Part shown: positions 21,125 through 30,604 of the stretch, piece by piece
Layout of the letters: the number at the start of each line of letters is the position of its first letter
Position numbering within the stretch: the first letter of the stretch is position 1
Assembly: GCA_050248615.1 (NCBI GenBank)
Contig: JBFWSA010000001.1
Span: 13,100 to 77,099, forward strand
Direction: 5' to 3'
Length of the DNA: 64,000 bases
Origin: Simkaniaceae bacterium
Lineage (GTDB): Bacteria; Chlamydiota; Chlamydiia; Chlamydiales; Simkaniaceae
The notes under the pieces: model-generated
The model's input: the letters and a program-made list of their open reading frames with translations, nothing else
The model's database searches: none
Told to the model about the DNA's origin: nothing
Translations under genes and position numbers: made by a program

Positions 21125-22333
21125 TTAAAAAGGGAGTGGTAATGCTGTTAAGTCTTTATCAAAAGGGACTTGTTTTTCTCCAAGATAAAAGACATAACCA
21201 TGAATAAAACGGTCTTTGAATGTTTCTTTAAAATGTTTGAGCCCTCTAAAATCGTTTATATTGACTTCAACTTTCGCTTTTATTTCTATAGCGATAATTT
21301 TCCCATCTCTACTTTCTAAAATTAAGTCCACTTCCATTCCCGAAAAGTTTCGATAATAATAGAGTTGTACACTTAAATCACTCCATGTAGCTTGCTTAAT
21401 TAACTCGTTAACAACAAAAGTTTCAACAGCACTTCCCCAACTTTTCTGATTTTTTTGGATACCCTTTAAGTCTAACCCTAACAAATAGGAAAGTATTCCC
21501 GTATCACTCAAATAAACCTTTGGAGATTTGACCAAACGTTTTTCAAGGTGACTAAAATAAGGGGGAAGAAGATGGACCATAAAAACCGTCTGGATAAGAG
21601 TAAAATACCGCTTCAGTGTGGTAGAAGGAATCCCACAACTGCGGCTTAGTTCATCAAAATTTAATAGATTTCCACTTCTTGTAGCTAATAATTTTAGGAG
21701 ATTCGGGAGACGCGTCAATCCCTCAATCTGAGAAAGATCACGAACATCTCTTTCTAATATTGTAGTCAGATATGATTGAAACCATGCAGCTTGTCTCTGT
21801 GAATCCTTTCTATTATGAACTTCAGGAAAACCTCCTTGAATCATTCGATGCGGAGACCTCTCTTCATTTTTAGGAATTTTTAAAGGAGCATTAAAAAGAG
21901 CTGTGATCAAATCAAATGGTTTTTTTTGTATTTCATAACGCGAAAGAGGGTATAGAGTTAATATTTCCATCCTTCCCGCTAAAGAATCGCTTAAATTAGG
22001 AAGTAAAAGGATATTTGCTGAACCTGTAAGGAGAAATTGTCCTGGAATCCGCTTCTTATCGACTTTTTCTTTAATTGCTAGAAATAGTTCTGGCACACGC
22101 TGTATTTCATCAATAATGATACGCTCAGCGTTTCGATCTAAAAAAGACTGGGGACTAGATTTTGCAGCCTCTAACTCTAATAGATCATCAAGCGTGATAT
22201 ATACGCATTCCTTCTTAGCAAAATGATGAGCGAGAGTGCTTTTTCCTGACTGCCTAGGGCCATTGATAAACACTACAGAGGTATCTTCTAAAGCGCGTTC
22301 AACTTTTTTCTGTATAAATCTTGGGTATTTCAT
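21125..22333 (-). CDS. AAA+ ATPase with DUF4143 / PD-(D/E)XK-like C-terminus
   Basis: GPRQSGKST, IDEIQ, LTGS, LAGR, GGFP, KSPKVYLSDTG, EVDLI..IEIK. Confidence 0.9.
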   Translation of the reverse strand: MKYPRFIQKKVERALEDTSVVFINGPRQSGKSTLAHHFAKKECVYITLDDLLELEAAKSSPQSFLDRNAERIIIDEIQRVPELFLAIKEKVDKKRIPGQFLLTGSANILLLPNLSDSLAGRMEILTLYPLSRYEIQKKPFDLITALFNAPLKIPKNEERSPHRMIQGGFPEVHNRKDSQRQAAWFQSYLTTILERDVRDLSQIEGLTRLPNLLKLLATRSGNLLNFDELSRSCGIPSTTLKRYFTLIQTVFMVHLLPPYFSHLEKRLVKSPKVYLSDTGILSYLLGLDLKGIQKNQKSWGSAVETFVVNELIKQATWSDLSVQLYYYRNFSGMEVDLILESRDGKIIAIEIKAKVEVNINDFRGLKHFKETFKDRFIHGYVFYLGEKQVPFDKDLTALPLPF

Positions 22334-22353
22334 AATTTAAAAATACACCACTG

Positions 22354-22457
22354 AATGGTTGAAATTCAACCATTATTTGGACGATTTTACAAAAATACTC
22401 GTAAAATCATCCATTTAACGAACGAATTTCGTCCGTATTATGGACGATTTTACAGGA
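22354..22457. promoter_or_regulatory. array of five imperfect ~17-bp repeats/palindromes upstream of the AAA-DUF4143 gene
   Basis: TGGACGATTTTACA at 22378 and 22441, an inverted copy at 22401-22413, palindromes at 22354-22374 and 22419-22435; centres about 19-22 bp apart. Confidence 0.55.
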
Positions 22458-22461
22458 TAGT

Positions 22462-22941
22462 TTATTCGTAAGTGGTTAAGATACAGAAACACATCAACCC
22501 TTCCCCTCGCCCAAAAGAGGTAAGATCATCTCCTGAGGTGAAGGTGATGCCGACTTGATCCAAAGAGAGGTGCATCGCTGCTGCAATGCTACGGCGTATG
22601 TCATCAGAGCGCTTTTGAAATTTGGGACGTTTCCCTTCAATTGTTAAGGCAACGTGCTCGACTTTTTGCTTGCCCAGAGTTTCTAAGGCTTTATCGAGAT
22701 AGACCCGACTATCGGTCACTCCCTCCTTGTGACAGAGGTCTATCGCGACCCGCCCCAGGATGGGAACATGGGTCAGAGAGGTAATGGCATTGCAAATGGC
22801 ATGAAAAACAACGTCCCCATCGGAATCCGCATCAAGCCCTGGAGCCTCTTCAAACTCTAAGCCAGCAACGATACATTTTTTCTCCCCTTTCTCAGGAAGA
22901 AACCGGTGACTGTCTTGCCCTATTCCTGTTTTGAATTTCAT
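22462..22941 (-). CDS. ispF: 2-C-methyl-D-erythritol 2,4-cyclodiphosphate synthase
   Basis: GIGQDSHRF, DSDGDVVFHA, FGRGEG. Confidence 0.9.
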   Translation of the reverse strand: MKFKTGIGQDSHRFLPEKGEKKCIVAGLEFEEAPGLDADSDGDVVFHAICNAITSLTHVPILGRVAIDLCHKEGVTDSRVYLDKALETLGKQKVEHVALTIEGKRPKFQKRSDDIRRSIAAAMHLSLDQVGITFTSGDDLTSFGRGEGLMCFCILTTYE

Positions 22942-22952
22942 CTTTTACCGTT

Positions 22953-23942
22953 TTGTTAAAAACAGTTATAGTGCATGAAAAAATAGGATTCAAGTTGAAA
23001 ACGCTCCACATTGCTAACGTGAATTTTGAGTGGGAGCTCGAGGCACGCTCACCCTTACCCCTTAAGGAAGCGTTTAGTGTCCATCCTAACTTTTTGCAAT
23101 TGCAATTCATCCCTTTTTTGTATGCACCAGAAGGGGATGGCGTCGTCGTGACACACCGCCCTCCAGAAGGATATTTAAAAGATAAAGCAGCGCGCCTCCA
23201 TTTATTTGATGAAGAGATTACAGGATATGATCGGATTGAGACTTGGGGATGGTCGGAAGCCATCAAACGTTGGACCCATCTCCCTTATCCTATTCCGATC
23301 AAACTGAGAGAACTGGCTTCTAAGGTGTTTGCATTTACACATAGTCCCCATTTACCTGGAGCCAAACTTCTTCATCATCAGGAGGAAGTAGAGGAATGGC
23401 TACAAACAGGTCCCTATCCAAAAGTTCTCAAAACCTGCTTTGGATTTGCAGGACGGGGGCGTTTTATATTAGAAAGCCCTGAGTATTTTGCTAAAATCCA
23501 AAAAGATGTCGTGACTGTTTTCGAAAAAGGACAATTTTTAATCGGAGAACCGTGGGTCCATCGGGAAATGGATTTTAGTACACAGTGGATGATCGATAAA
23601 GAGCCTATTTTTCTGGGAGCGACTCGAATGGAAAATACGGAGCGTGGCAGTTATTGCAAAACTTTTATGGGAGCGGAAATTCCTTTTTTAGAAGAGCATT
23701 TAGAGTGCGTCAAGGTTCCCCTGAAACACATTTGTGATGCAGGTTATAGGGGTAACTTAGGAATCGATGCCATGGTTTATAACAACACATTACACCCGAT
23801 TGTTGAGATCAATTTACGCAAAACAATGGGATGGCTTGCTCTCAAATTGCAGCGCAGTTTGAGTTATGAAAGTAAAGGTGCAGGACTTTTACCTACACAT
23901 TTAGAAAAAATCACGTTTCCAAAACAGCTTAAGTTGTTATAG
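22953..23942 (+). CDS. hypothetical protein with ATP-grasp-like motifs
   Basis: VLK..FGFAGRGR, GEPW, GIDAMVY, VEINLRKTMG. Confidence 0.6.
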   Translation: MLKTVIVHEKIGFKLKTLHIANVNFEWELEARSPLPLKEAFSVHPNFLQLQFIPFLYAPEGDGVVVTHRPPEGYLKDKAARLHLFDEEITGYDRIETWGWSEAIKRWTHLPYPIPIKLRELASKVFAFTHSPHLPGAKLLHHQEEVEEWLQTGPYPKVLKTCFGFAGRGRFILESPEYFAKIQKDVVTVFEKGQFLIGEPWVHREMDFSTQWMIDKEPIFLGATRMENTERGSYCKTFMGAEIPFLEEHLECVKVPLKHICDAGYRGNLGIDAMVYNNTLHPIVEINLRKTMGWLALKLQRSLSYESKGAGLLPTHLEKITFPKQLKLL

Positions 23943-23949
23943 TCATCTT

Positions 23950-25326
23950 ATGGAAGCATTCAAAATCAAAGGTGGAAATCCTTTAGAAGGACATGTCAGA
24001 GCAACGGGCGCAAAAAATGCGATCTCGAAAATGCTTGTTGCTTCTTTATTATCCGATAAGAAATGCATTTTTAAGAATGTTCCGCATATTTCTGAAGTAG
24101 AAACCACGGTCCGTCTTTGTCAAGAGATCGGAATGGAAGTGCAGTGGGATCACGATGGAGGAACAATCGAAGTGATCACTAAAGAGGTGAAGTCTTCTTA
24201 TGTTCCGTTAAATTTTTCAGGGGCGAATCGGATTCCGATTTTAATGATGGGGGCTCTTCTGGGGCGCACAAAAGAAAACATTGTGGTTCCCACAGTAGGT
24301 GGATGCAATATCGGCAAACGCCCTGTCGACTTTCATATTAAAGCCTTGGAAGCTTTGGGTGCTGTTGTCGAATACCGGACGATCAAAAAAGAACGCGCCT
24401 ATTTTGCCCATGCACCCGAGGGACTTCGGGGAGCTATCATCGAACTTCCTTACCCTTCCGTTATGGCAACCGAAAATGCGATCCTTGCAGCGTGTCGGGC
24501 TAAAGGACGCACAGCCATTCGGGGAGCCGCTATCGAACCTGAAATCATTGATCTTATCCTGTTCTTGCAGAAACTTGGCGTTGTGATTTATGTCGATGTG
24601 GATCGCACCATTTATGTTCAAGAAACCAAAACATTTTACGAAGTCGAACATACCGTTATCACGGACCGGATTGAAGCTGCTTGCTTAGGCATGATGGGAA
24701 TTGCCACCAAGGGGAAAGTTTTTGTTGAAGGAGCCCAGCAGCCTCATATGATCACTTTCCTGAATAAACTCAGGCAGATCAATGGGGGGTTTGCAGTCAA
24801 AGACAACGGAATTGAATTCTTTTATCAAGGACCCCTTAAAGGGGGGCTTCATTTAGAAACCGATGTCCACCCCGGTTTCCTCACAGATTGGCAACAACCC
24901 TTTGTGGTTTTACTCACACAGGCTCTAGGAAGCTCTGTGGTTCATGAAACCGTCTATGAAAATCGGTTTGGTTATGTAGAAACTCTTAAAGACATGGGGG
25001 CCCATGTTGAACTATTCACCCAATGCTTGGGAGACCGCCCCTGCCGCTTTGCCTCACAAAACTACCAGCATAGTCTTATCGTCAAAGGCCCCACAACCTT
25101 CAAAGGGAGTGAAATCCACATCCCCGATTTAAGAGCGGGATTTGCCTACGTGATGGCAGCCCTTCTTGCCCCGGACGAGAGTCTCATCTCAGGCCTTCCC
25201 TATATCGACAGAGGCTATGAAAAGCTCGAGCTCAAATTGCAAGCTCTAGGAGCTGACATTCAGCGCATCCAGATTCCCCCTCCGGTAGAAATCTTAGAAT
25301 CCTTCCAAGAAGCAGTTGTGACTTGA
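23950..25326 (+). CDS. murA: UDP-N-acetylglucosamine 1-carboxyvinyltransferase
   Basis: GAKNA, GGCNIGKRPVDFH, PSVMATEN, HPGFLTDWQ, PDLRAG, IDRGYE. Confidence 0.95.
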   Translation: MEAFKIKGGNPLEGHVRATGAKNAISKMLVASLLSDKKCIFKNVPHISEVETTVRLCQEIGMEVQWDHDGGTIEVITKEVKSSYVPLNFSGANRIPILMMGALLGRTKENIVVPTVGGCNIGKRPVDFHIKALEALGAVVEYRTIKKERAYFAHAPEGLRGAIIELPYPSVMATENAILAACRAKGRTAIRGAAIEPEIIDLILFLQKLGVVIYVDVDRTIYVQETKTFYEVEHTVITDRIEAACLGMMGIATKGKVFVEGAQQPHMITFLNKLRQINGGFAVKDNGIEFFYQGPLKGGLHLETDVHPGFLTDWQQPFVVLLTQALGSSVVHETVYENRFGYVETLKDMGAHVELFTQCLGDRPCRFASQNYQHSLIVKGPTTFKGSEIHIPDLRAGFAYVMAALLAPDESLISGLPYIDRGYEKLELKLQALGADIQRIQIPPPVEILESFQEAVVT

Positions 25327-25350
25327 GGCATTTTCTAGTAAACTATCTTC

Positions 25351-26295
25351 ATGATTCATTGGAGAACCCTTCAAAAAGATAATTTTAGAGACTGGAAAGC
25401 CCTTGCACAGTTTTTAGAAATCGATCCAAGCAAGGTCGTCCCCTCTCCTTTTTTTCCTTTAAATATGCCAAGAAGACTGGCTGAAAAGGTGGAAAAAGGG
25501 AGGCTTGAGGATCCTATTCTGCGCCAATTTTTACCCACCTTTGAGGAAGAAAAAATCGTTGAAGGCTTCTCTAGAGATCCTGTCTCAGATCGATCCTTTC
25601 AGAAAACACCCCGTCTCTTGCAGAAATATCCCGGAAGAGCTCTCCTGATCTGTACGAGTGCCTGCGTCATGCATTGCCGTTTTTGTTTTCGGCAAAACTA
25701 TCCCTATGAAGGGACAAACGATTTTGAGGAAGAACTCTCCCTTATCGCACAAGACCCCTCTCTCATTGAAGTGATTCTGAGTGGGGGAGACCCCCTTTCT
25801 TTAAGCGATGAGAGACTAAAAGATTTGATTGAAGGTCTTGAAAAAATCCCTCATATTAAACTCCTCCGTTTCCATACCCGTTTCCCTATTGGCATCCCAG
25901 AAAGAATCACCGAAGCCTTTGTAAACATCCTCAAGACAAGCAGACTGCAAACGGTTTTTATATTGCATACCAATCATCCTCGAGAACTGGATGGAGATGT
26001 CTTTGGAGCTCTCCAGAAAATCCCCGGAACGCTATTAAGTCAAACCGTTCTCATCAAGGGTGTTAATGATTCCCTCGAAACCCTAAAAGAGCTTTTTTTA
26101 ACCCTCTCTTGCCAGGGGATTATCCCCTACTATCTCCACCAACTCGACCGAGTCAAACAAGCAAGCCATTTTGAAGTTCCTATTGCAGAGGGACTCGAAC
26201 TCATTCAAAAACTCAGGGGGTGTTTACCAGGGTATGCAGTTCCAACTTATGTGCAAGAAATCCCCTTTGAGAATGCAAAGTCTATTATTACATAA
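25351..26295 (+). CDS. epmB: KamA-family radical SAM (EF-P beta-lysylation EpmB-like)
   Basis: DPILRQFLP, KYPGRAL, CVMHCRFCFR, SGGDPL, HTRFP, PYYLHQLD. Confidence 0.8.
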   Translation: MIHWRTLQKDNFRDWKALAQFLEIDPSKVVPSPFFPLNMPRRLAEKVEKGRLEDPILRQFLPTFEEEKIVEGFSRDPVSDRSFQKTPRLLQKYPGRALLICTSACVMHCRFCFRQNYPYEGTNDFEEELSLIAQDPSLIEVILSGGDPLSLSDERLKDLIEGLEKIPHIKLLRFHTRFPIGIPERITEAFVNILKTSRLQTVFILHTNHPRELDGDVFGALQKIPGTLLSQTVLIKGVNDSLETLKELFLTLSCQGIIPYYLHQLDRVKQASHFEVPIAEGLELIQKLRGCLPGYAVPTYVQEIPFENAKSIIT

Positions 26296-26315
26296 CGCGA
26301 ATTGCGGATTACATC
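26293..26315. repeat. remnant of the element A terminal repeat
   Basis: TAACGCGAATTGCGGATTAcATC matches 11909-11931 at 22 of 23 nt. Confidence 0.75.
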
Positions 26316-28045
26316 CGATCTAGCGTCTCTAACCCAAGAATGTAGAGCCCCTGCTTCAAAATGCGGGCAGTAAGCTCGGAGAGAGCTAAGCGACTGTTTT
26401 CTTCAGGAGAGCCTTCTACTCGGCAGTCGCGAAAAAAAGCATGAAACTTTTCGGCTAAACCGTAGAGATAATCAGAAAGACGATTAGGCAGAAGATCTCG
26501 ATCCATCACCGCTAAGGTTTCCCCAAACTGCCTAATCTGAAGTCCTAATGCAACTTCTGTCGGATGTTTGAGAATAAGGGGTGTCGTAGCCATAATCGCC
26601 CCAATATCCTTACCACATTTCCGCTTGATTCCTTGAATACGTACATAGGAATAGAGAAGGTAGGCAGCAGTGTTCCCTTCAAAATTTAACATCCGATCGT
26701 AGCTAAAGATATAATCTTTCAAGCGGTGACACGAGAGGTCGGCATACTTCACTGCATCGATTCCCAAAATGCGAGAGAGGTGATCGAGCTCCCCTTCTGT
26801 AATAGCTTCTAAACGTTCTTGAAGGAGCATGCGGGCACGATTAACTGCTTCTTGGAGAAGATCGATCAACCTTTCCGTTTCCCCTGAGCGTGTTTTGAAT
26901 TTTTTTCCATCAGGACCTAAGACAACGCCAAAAGGAACATGTTCAATGAGCGTTTTTTCGGGGTCGTAGTAACCCGCTTTTTGAGCCGCTTTAAAAACCA
27001 TTTGAAAATGGAGTTGTTGTCCTGCATCCACAACATAGATGATCCGATCGGCTTTCTCTTCTGAAACGCGTTGCAGAAGGGCTGCTGTATCGGTAGTTCC
27101 ATAGTTATATCCTCCATCACTTTTTTGGAGAATTAGGGGAAGGGGCATCCCATCTTTACTCTTAAAACCTTCAAGAAAAACGCATTTGGCACCATCAGAA
27201 ATTTCTAGGATCCCTTTTTTTTCATAATCAGCAACCACTTGGGGAAGCATCGGGTTATAAAAGGACTCGCCACGCTCTGTTAAAGTCACCTTTAACACAT
27301 CGTAGATCTCTTGAAACCCCTGGCGAGAGATTTCACAAATTCTTTCCCATGCTGCAATCGCCTCTTTTTCCCCTCCTTGCAAACGGACCACTTGGAGTTG
27401 CGAACGCTTTTTAAAGTCGGGATCTGCATCAAAAAGTTTTTTTGAAGCACGGTACCAATTCATGAGAGATGAAAGATCGGTCTTCTTCGCCCCTGTTAAG
27501 ACGTCAGGTTCCTTCTCTTTCAAATAGGTGATGAGCATCCCAAACTGTGTTCCCCAATCTCCAATATGATTGAGTCTTAATACATCGTGTCCTAAAAATT
27601 CGAAGAGACGAGCTAAACTTTCCCCAATAATGGTGGAGCGTAAATGACCGACATGAAGCTCTTTAGCAACATTAGGAGAAGAAAACTCCACAATGATTTT
27701 TTTTCGCTTCTCTAAGGGAGGAACACCCAATCGTGAATCAGCAGCCACTTGGGTGAGTTCTTGAGAAAGAAAGTCAGGCGTTAGGGTAATATTGATAAAC
27801 CCTGGGCCTGCGACCTCAAGCTTCTCTATCCTAGGATCTCCCTCCCACTTTTCTACAATTTGCTCGGCAATCTTTCGGGGATTTTGACCTAATAGCTTGG
27901 CCAACTTCATCGCAGAATTGCATTGATAATGCCCAAATTGCTCCTGAGTGCTTTGCGTAATATCTGCTAACAGCTCTTGATCAGAGAAAAGTTCTTGGAT
28001 TATGGCGGTGGCTTGATTTTGAATCAGTGTGGAAAGGTTTTGCAT
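26309..28045 (-). CDS. argS: arginine--tRNA ligase
   Basis: EFSSPNVAKELHVGHLRS, GDWGTQFG, KFKTRSG, GNTAAYLLY. Confidence 0.97.
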   Translation of the reverse strand: MQNLSTLIQNQATAIIQELFSDQELLADITQSTQEQFGHYQCNSAMKLAKLLGQNPRKIAEQIVEKWEGDPRIEKLEVAGPGFINITLTPDFLSQELTQVAADSRLGVPPLEKRKKIIVEFSSPNVAKELHVGHLRSTIIGESLARLFEFLGHDVLRLNHIGDWGTQFGMLITYLKEKEPDVLTGAKKTDLSSLMNWYRASKKLFDADPDFKKRSQLQVVRLQGGEKEAIAAWERICEISRQGFQEIYDVLKVTLTERGESFYNPMLPQVVADYEKKGILEISDGAKCVFLEGFKSKDGMPLPLILQKSDGGYNYGTTDTAALLQRVSEEKADRIIYVVDAGQQLHFQMVFKAAQKAGYYDPEKTLIEHVPFGVVLGPDGKKFKTRSGETERLIDLLQEAVNRARMLLQERLEAITEGELDHLSRILGIDAVKYADLSCHRLKDYIFSYDRMLNFEGNTAAYLLYSYVRIQGIKRKCGKDIGAIMATTPLILKHPTEVALGLQIRQFGETLAVMDRDLLPNRLSDYLYGLAEKFHAFFRDCRVEGSPEENSRLALSELTARILKQGLYILGLETLDRM

Positions 28046-28110
28046 AATTAAATTTTTTTGTAGCGGTTTTTTTCCTCCTAAAATAACATTCGTCCTCTCT
28101 AGAAATCAAC

Positions 28111-28139
28111 TTGAATATAATGAATTCTTCGGGTACGAT
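28111..28139 (+). promoter_or_regulatory. putative sigma70/sigma66 promoter
   Basis: TTGAAT-17 bp-TACGAT, about 30 bp upstream of ATG 28171. Confidence 0.35.
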
Positions 28140-28170
28140 GGCCTAACTTGTGTTGAATTAAGGAATAGCA

Positions 28171-28896
28171 ATGGCAAACTTGGTCATTAATAAAAGCTTG
28201 AAAGAGCTACTCACCGACTACCTGAAGAAAAACAAAAAGTCTGATCTCTTAACGACCTACTTCTTCTTTCTAGAGAAAAAGTACAACATCCAACCTGTCC
28301 TTTTCTTGCGAGAAAAAACGATCTATCAAAGTAAAGAAGAAGTTTTAAAGAAAGTGGAAGAGGAAGGCAAACTCTGGCGGGAAACGGAAATTAAAATCCA
28401 AGTAGGACAACAGGCGGTTAACGAACTCACGCGAAAAATCTATATTTGTCCGTTTACAGGGAAAGTTTTTGGTGACAACACCCATCCTAACCCTCAAGAT
28501 GCCATCTATGATTGGGTTTCAAGATGTCCTGAAAATAAAGAGCGTATCGATGGCATGATTGTTAAACGCTTTTTTGTTTCTGAAGATCCTGAAGTGATTA
28601 AAAACTATATTCAAAAAAGGCGTGAGCCCATTTCAAAAATTGTGTTTTCTTCAGGACTGACCGGTAAACTTTTTAATAGTAAAAAGGCTGTCGTAGAAGA
28701 TTTTGAAAAAAATCAATTGAAACCGATGGAATTAATTGATGTTCCGGGGCAAAACCGCTTCAAAATCGAAGAGCATTTTTTAACCTTTATTCAAGACCAG
28801 CTTGATGACTCCAAAATTTCTGCATTCGTTGATGCCATGAGCGCTTATGATGAGTTTTCCAAGCATGTGGAACGCTGGGTTGAAGAAAACCAATAG
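28171..28896 (+). CDS. chlamydial conserved protein (DUF2709-like)
   Basis: KIYICPFTGKVFGDN..NPQDAIYDWVS.CPEN; lies before tsaE and dnaQ as in Chlamydia. Confidence 0.8.
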   Translation: MANLVINKSLKELLTDYLKKNKKSDLLTTYFFFLEKKYNIQPVLFLREKTIYQSKEEVLKKVEEEGKLWRETEIKIQVGQQAVNELTRKIYICPFTGKVFGDNTHPNPQDAIYDWVSRCPENKERIDGMIVKRFFVSEDPEVIKNYIQKRREPISKIVFSSGLTGKLFNSKKAVVEDFEKNQLKPMELIDVPGQNRFKIEEHFLTFIQDQLDDSKISAFVDAMSAYDEFSKHVERWVEENQ

Positions 28897-29302
28897 GTGG
28901 GTCTCTTCCTCAGCTGAGGAAACCCAAGAAATCGGAAAACTGTTAGCGGAAGGCTTGCCAAAGCCCCTTGTGATCTGTTTTTCTGGTGACTTAGGAGCGG
29001 GAAAGACAACGCTCATCAAAGGATTCGCTTCAGCTTTAACGGGAATCAATTCTCACGAAGTCAACAGCCCGACCTTCACCTACCTCAATATCTATGAAGG
29101 AACCGAAACCCTCTACCATTTTGACCTCTACCGATTATCAGGAGCCGAAGATTTTTTAATGCGCGGTTTTGACGAATACTTTGAAGGCATTTGCTGCATC
29201 GAATGGGCAGAGAAAATTGAAGAAATCCTCCCTAGCAACAAGGCTTTCATCACAATTAAGTACTTAGGAGAAACAAAAAGAGAAATTTCTTATGAAATTT
29301 AA
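28847..29302 (+). CDS. tsaE: tRNA t6A biosynthesis ATPase TsaE
   Basis: GDLGAGKTT, SPTF, HFDLYRL, IEWA; exact start uncertain. Confidence 0.93.
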   Translation: MMSFPSMWNAGLKKTNRWVSSSAEETQEIGKLLAEGLPKPLVICFSGDLGAGKTTLIKGFASALTGINSHEVNSPTFTYLNIYEGTETLYHFDLYRLSGAEDFLMRGFDEYFEGICCIEWAEKIEEILPSNKAFITIKYLGETKREISYEI

Positions 29303-29831
29303 AAGTGTTCGGTTTGTGACCTCAGCTTTAAAACCTGAAGAATGGCCCGTCAGTGATCTCCCTGAGGTGGCTATCGTCGGACGCTCCAATGTAGGCAAAT
29401 CTTCTCTGATCAATCATCTACTCCAATCGAAAACAGTTGCCAAAGTCTCTTCCACTCCAGGGAAAACGCAGCGTATCAACTACTTTCTCATCGATAACAC
29501 CTTTCATTTGGTCGACCTTCCAGGATATGGTTATGCCAAAACCCCCAAGTCCCTCCAAAAAGAGTGGGGACAGTGGATGGAAACCTATTTTTTGGAGCGC
29601 CCCTTAAGACTCGTCCTCTTTTTAATCGATTCGAGACGAGAAGGACTTACTATAGAAGATGCCCAATTTCTAGAGTGGGCTAAACATCATCATATTCCCC
29701 TCCTTGTGATCCTCACAAAAGGAGATAAACTTTCAAAAAGAGAGCGCGACGAGAAATCCCATCTTCTGTATTCTGTTAAAGAAGGCAAATGCCGGGAAAT
29801 TCTTATCCGCAAGATAAACGAAGCCCTTTAA
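29292..29831 (+). CDS. engB: ribosome biogenesis GTPase YihA/EngB
   Basis: GRSNVGKSSLIN, STPGKT, DLPGYG, TKGDK. Confidence 0.93.
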   Translation: MKFKSVRFVTSALKPEEWPVSDLPEVAIVGRSNVGKSSLINHLLQSKTVAKVSSTPGKTQRINYFLIDNTFHLVDLPGYGYAKTPKSLQKEWGQWMETYFLERPLRLVLFLIDSRREGLTIEDAQFLEWAKHHHIPLLVILTKGDKLSKRERDEKSHLLYSVKEGKCREILIRKINEAL

Positions 29832-29846
29832 TACGGAAGTCAATGC

Positions 29847-30596
29847 ATGGGATTGATTCACAAAGATACCTTTGTCTGCTTTGACTGTGAAGCAACAGGG
29901 CTCGATCCAGAGCAAGACCGCATTATCGAAATTGCCGTTTGTAAGTTTACCTTTGATGAGGTCCTTGTCTCACGCGAAGATCTGATCAACCCGGGTATTT
30001 CTATTCCTCAGCACACCATTGAGATCCACCATATCACCGATGACATGGTGGCAGGAAAGCCTCCCATCAAGGAGATCCTTTCCGAATATTTAAATATCAT
30101 CGACAACCACGTTTTGATTGGTCATGCAATCCCTTTTGACATTGCCCTTCTTAATCAAGAGGCCAAGCGGTGTCTCATAGAAACCCAGCTCTCTTCTCTA
30201 AAATATTTAGATACGTTGCGTATGGCCCGCCTTTATGGAGAGAGCCCGACAAATTCTCTAGAAAGTCTGCGTAAACATTTTAACATCGAAGCCCATGGAG
30301 CTCACCGCGCTATGAGCGATGTCATTGTCAACATTGAAGTCTTTAAACACCTGAGCCGTAAATTTAAAACAACAGAAGAAGCCCTCAAGCGTTTAGAAAA
30401 ACCCATTCAGCTAAAAACAATGCCTTTAGGTAAACATAAAGGACGCCCCTTTCGCGATATTCCCATCGAATACCTCAGGTGGGCTGCCCACCAAAACTTC
30501 GACCAGGATCTCCTTTTCTCCCTTCGCTCTGAGCTAAAAAAACGGAAACAAGGCAACCTTTTTTCACAAGCCAGCAACCCTTTTTCGGAGCTTTGA
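29847..30596 (+). CDS. dnaQ: DEDDh 3'-5' exonuclease (DNA Pol III epsilon-like) with C-terminal DUF3820-like domain
   Basis: FDCEATG, HRAMSD, MPLGKHKG. Confidence 0.82.
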   Translation: MGLIHKDTFVCFDCEATGLDPEQDRIIEIAVCKFTFDEVLVSREDLINPGISIPQHTIEIHHITDDMVAGKPPIKEILSEYLNIIDNHVLIGHAIPFDIALLNQEAKRCLIETQLSSLKYLDTLRMARLYGESPTNSLESLRKHFNIEAHGAHRAMSDVIVNIEVFKHLSRKFKTTEEALKRLEKPIQLKTMPLGKHKGRPFRDIPIEYLRWAAHQNFDQDLLFSLRSELKKRKQGNLFSQASNPFSEL

Positions 30597-30604
30597 AGAT
30601 TCCT

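Noticed and set aside
22354..22457. Repeats as a mini CRISPR array
   Set aside because: The units are short, degenerate and in mixed orientation, with no unique ~30-bp spacers and no cas genes
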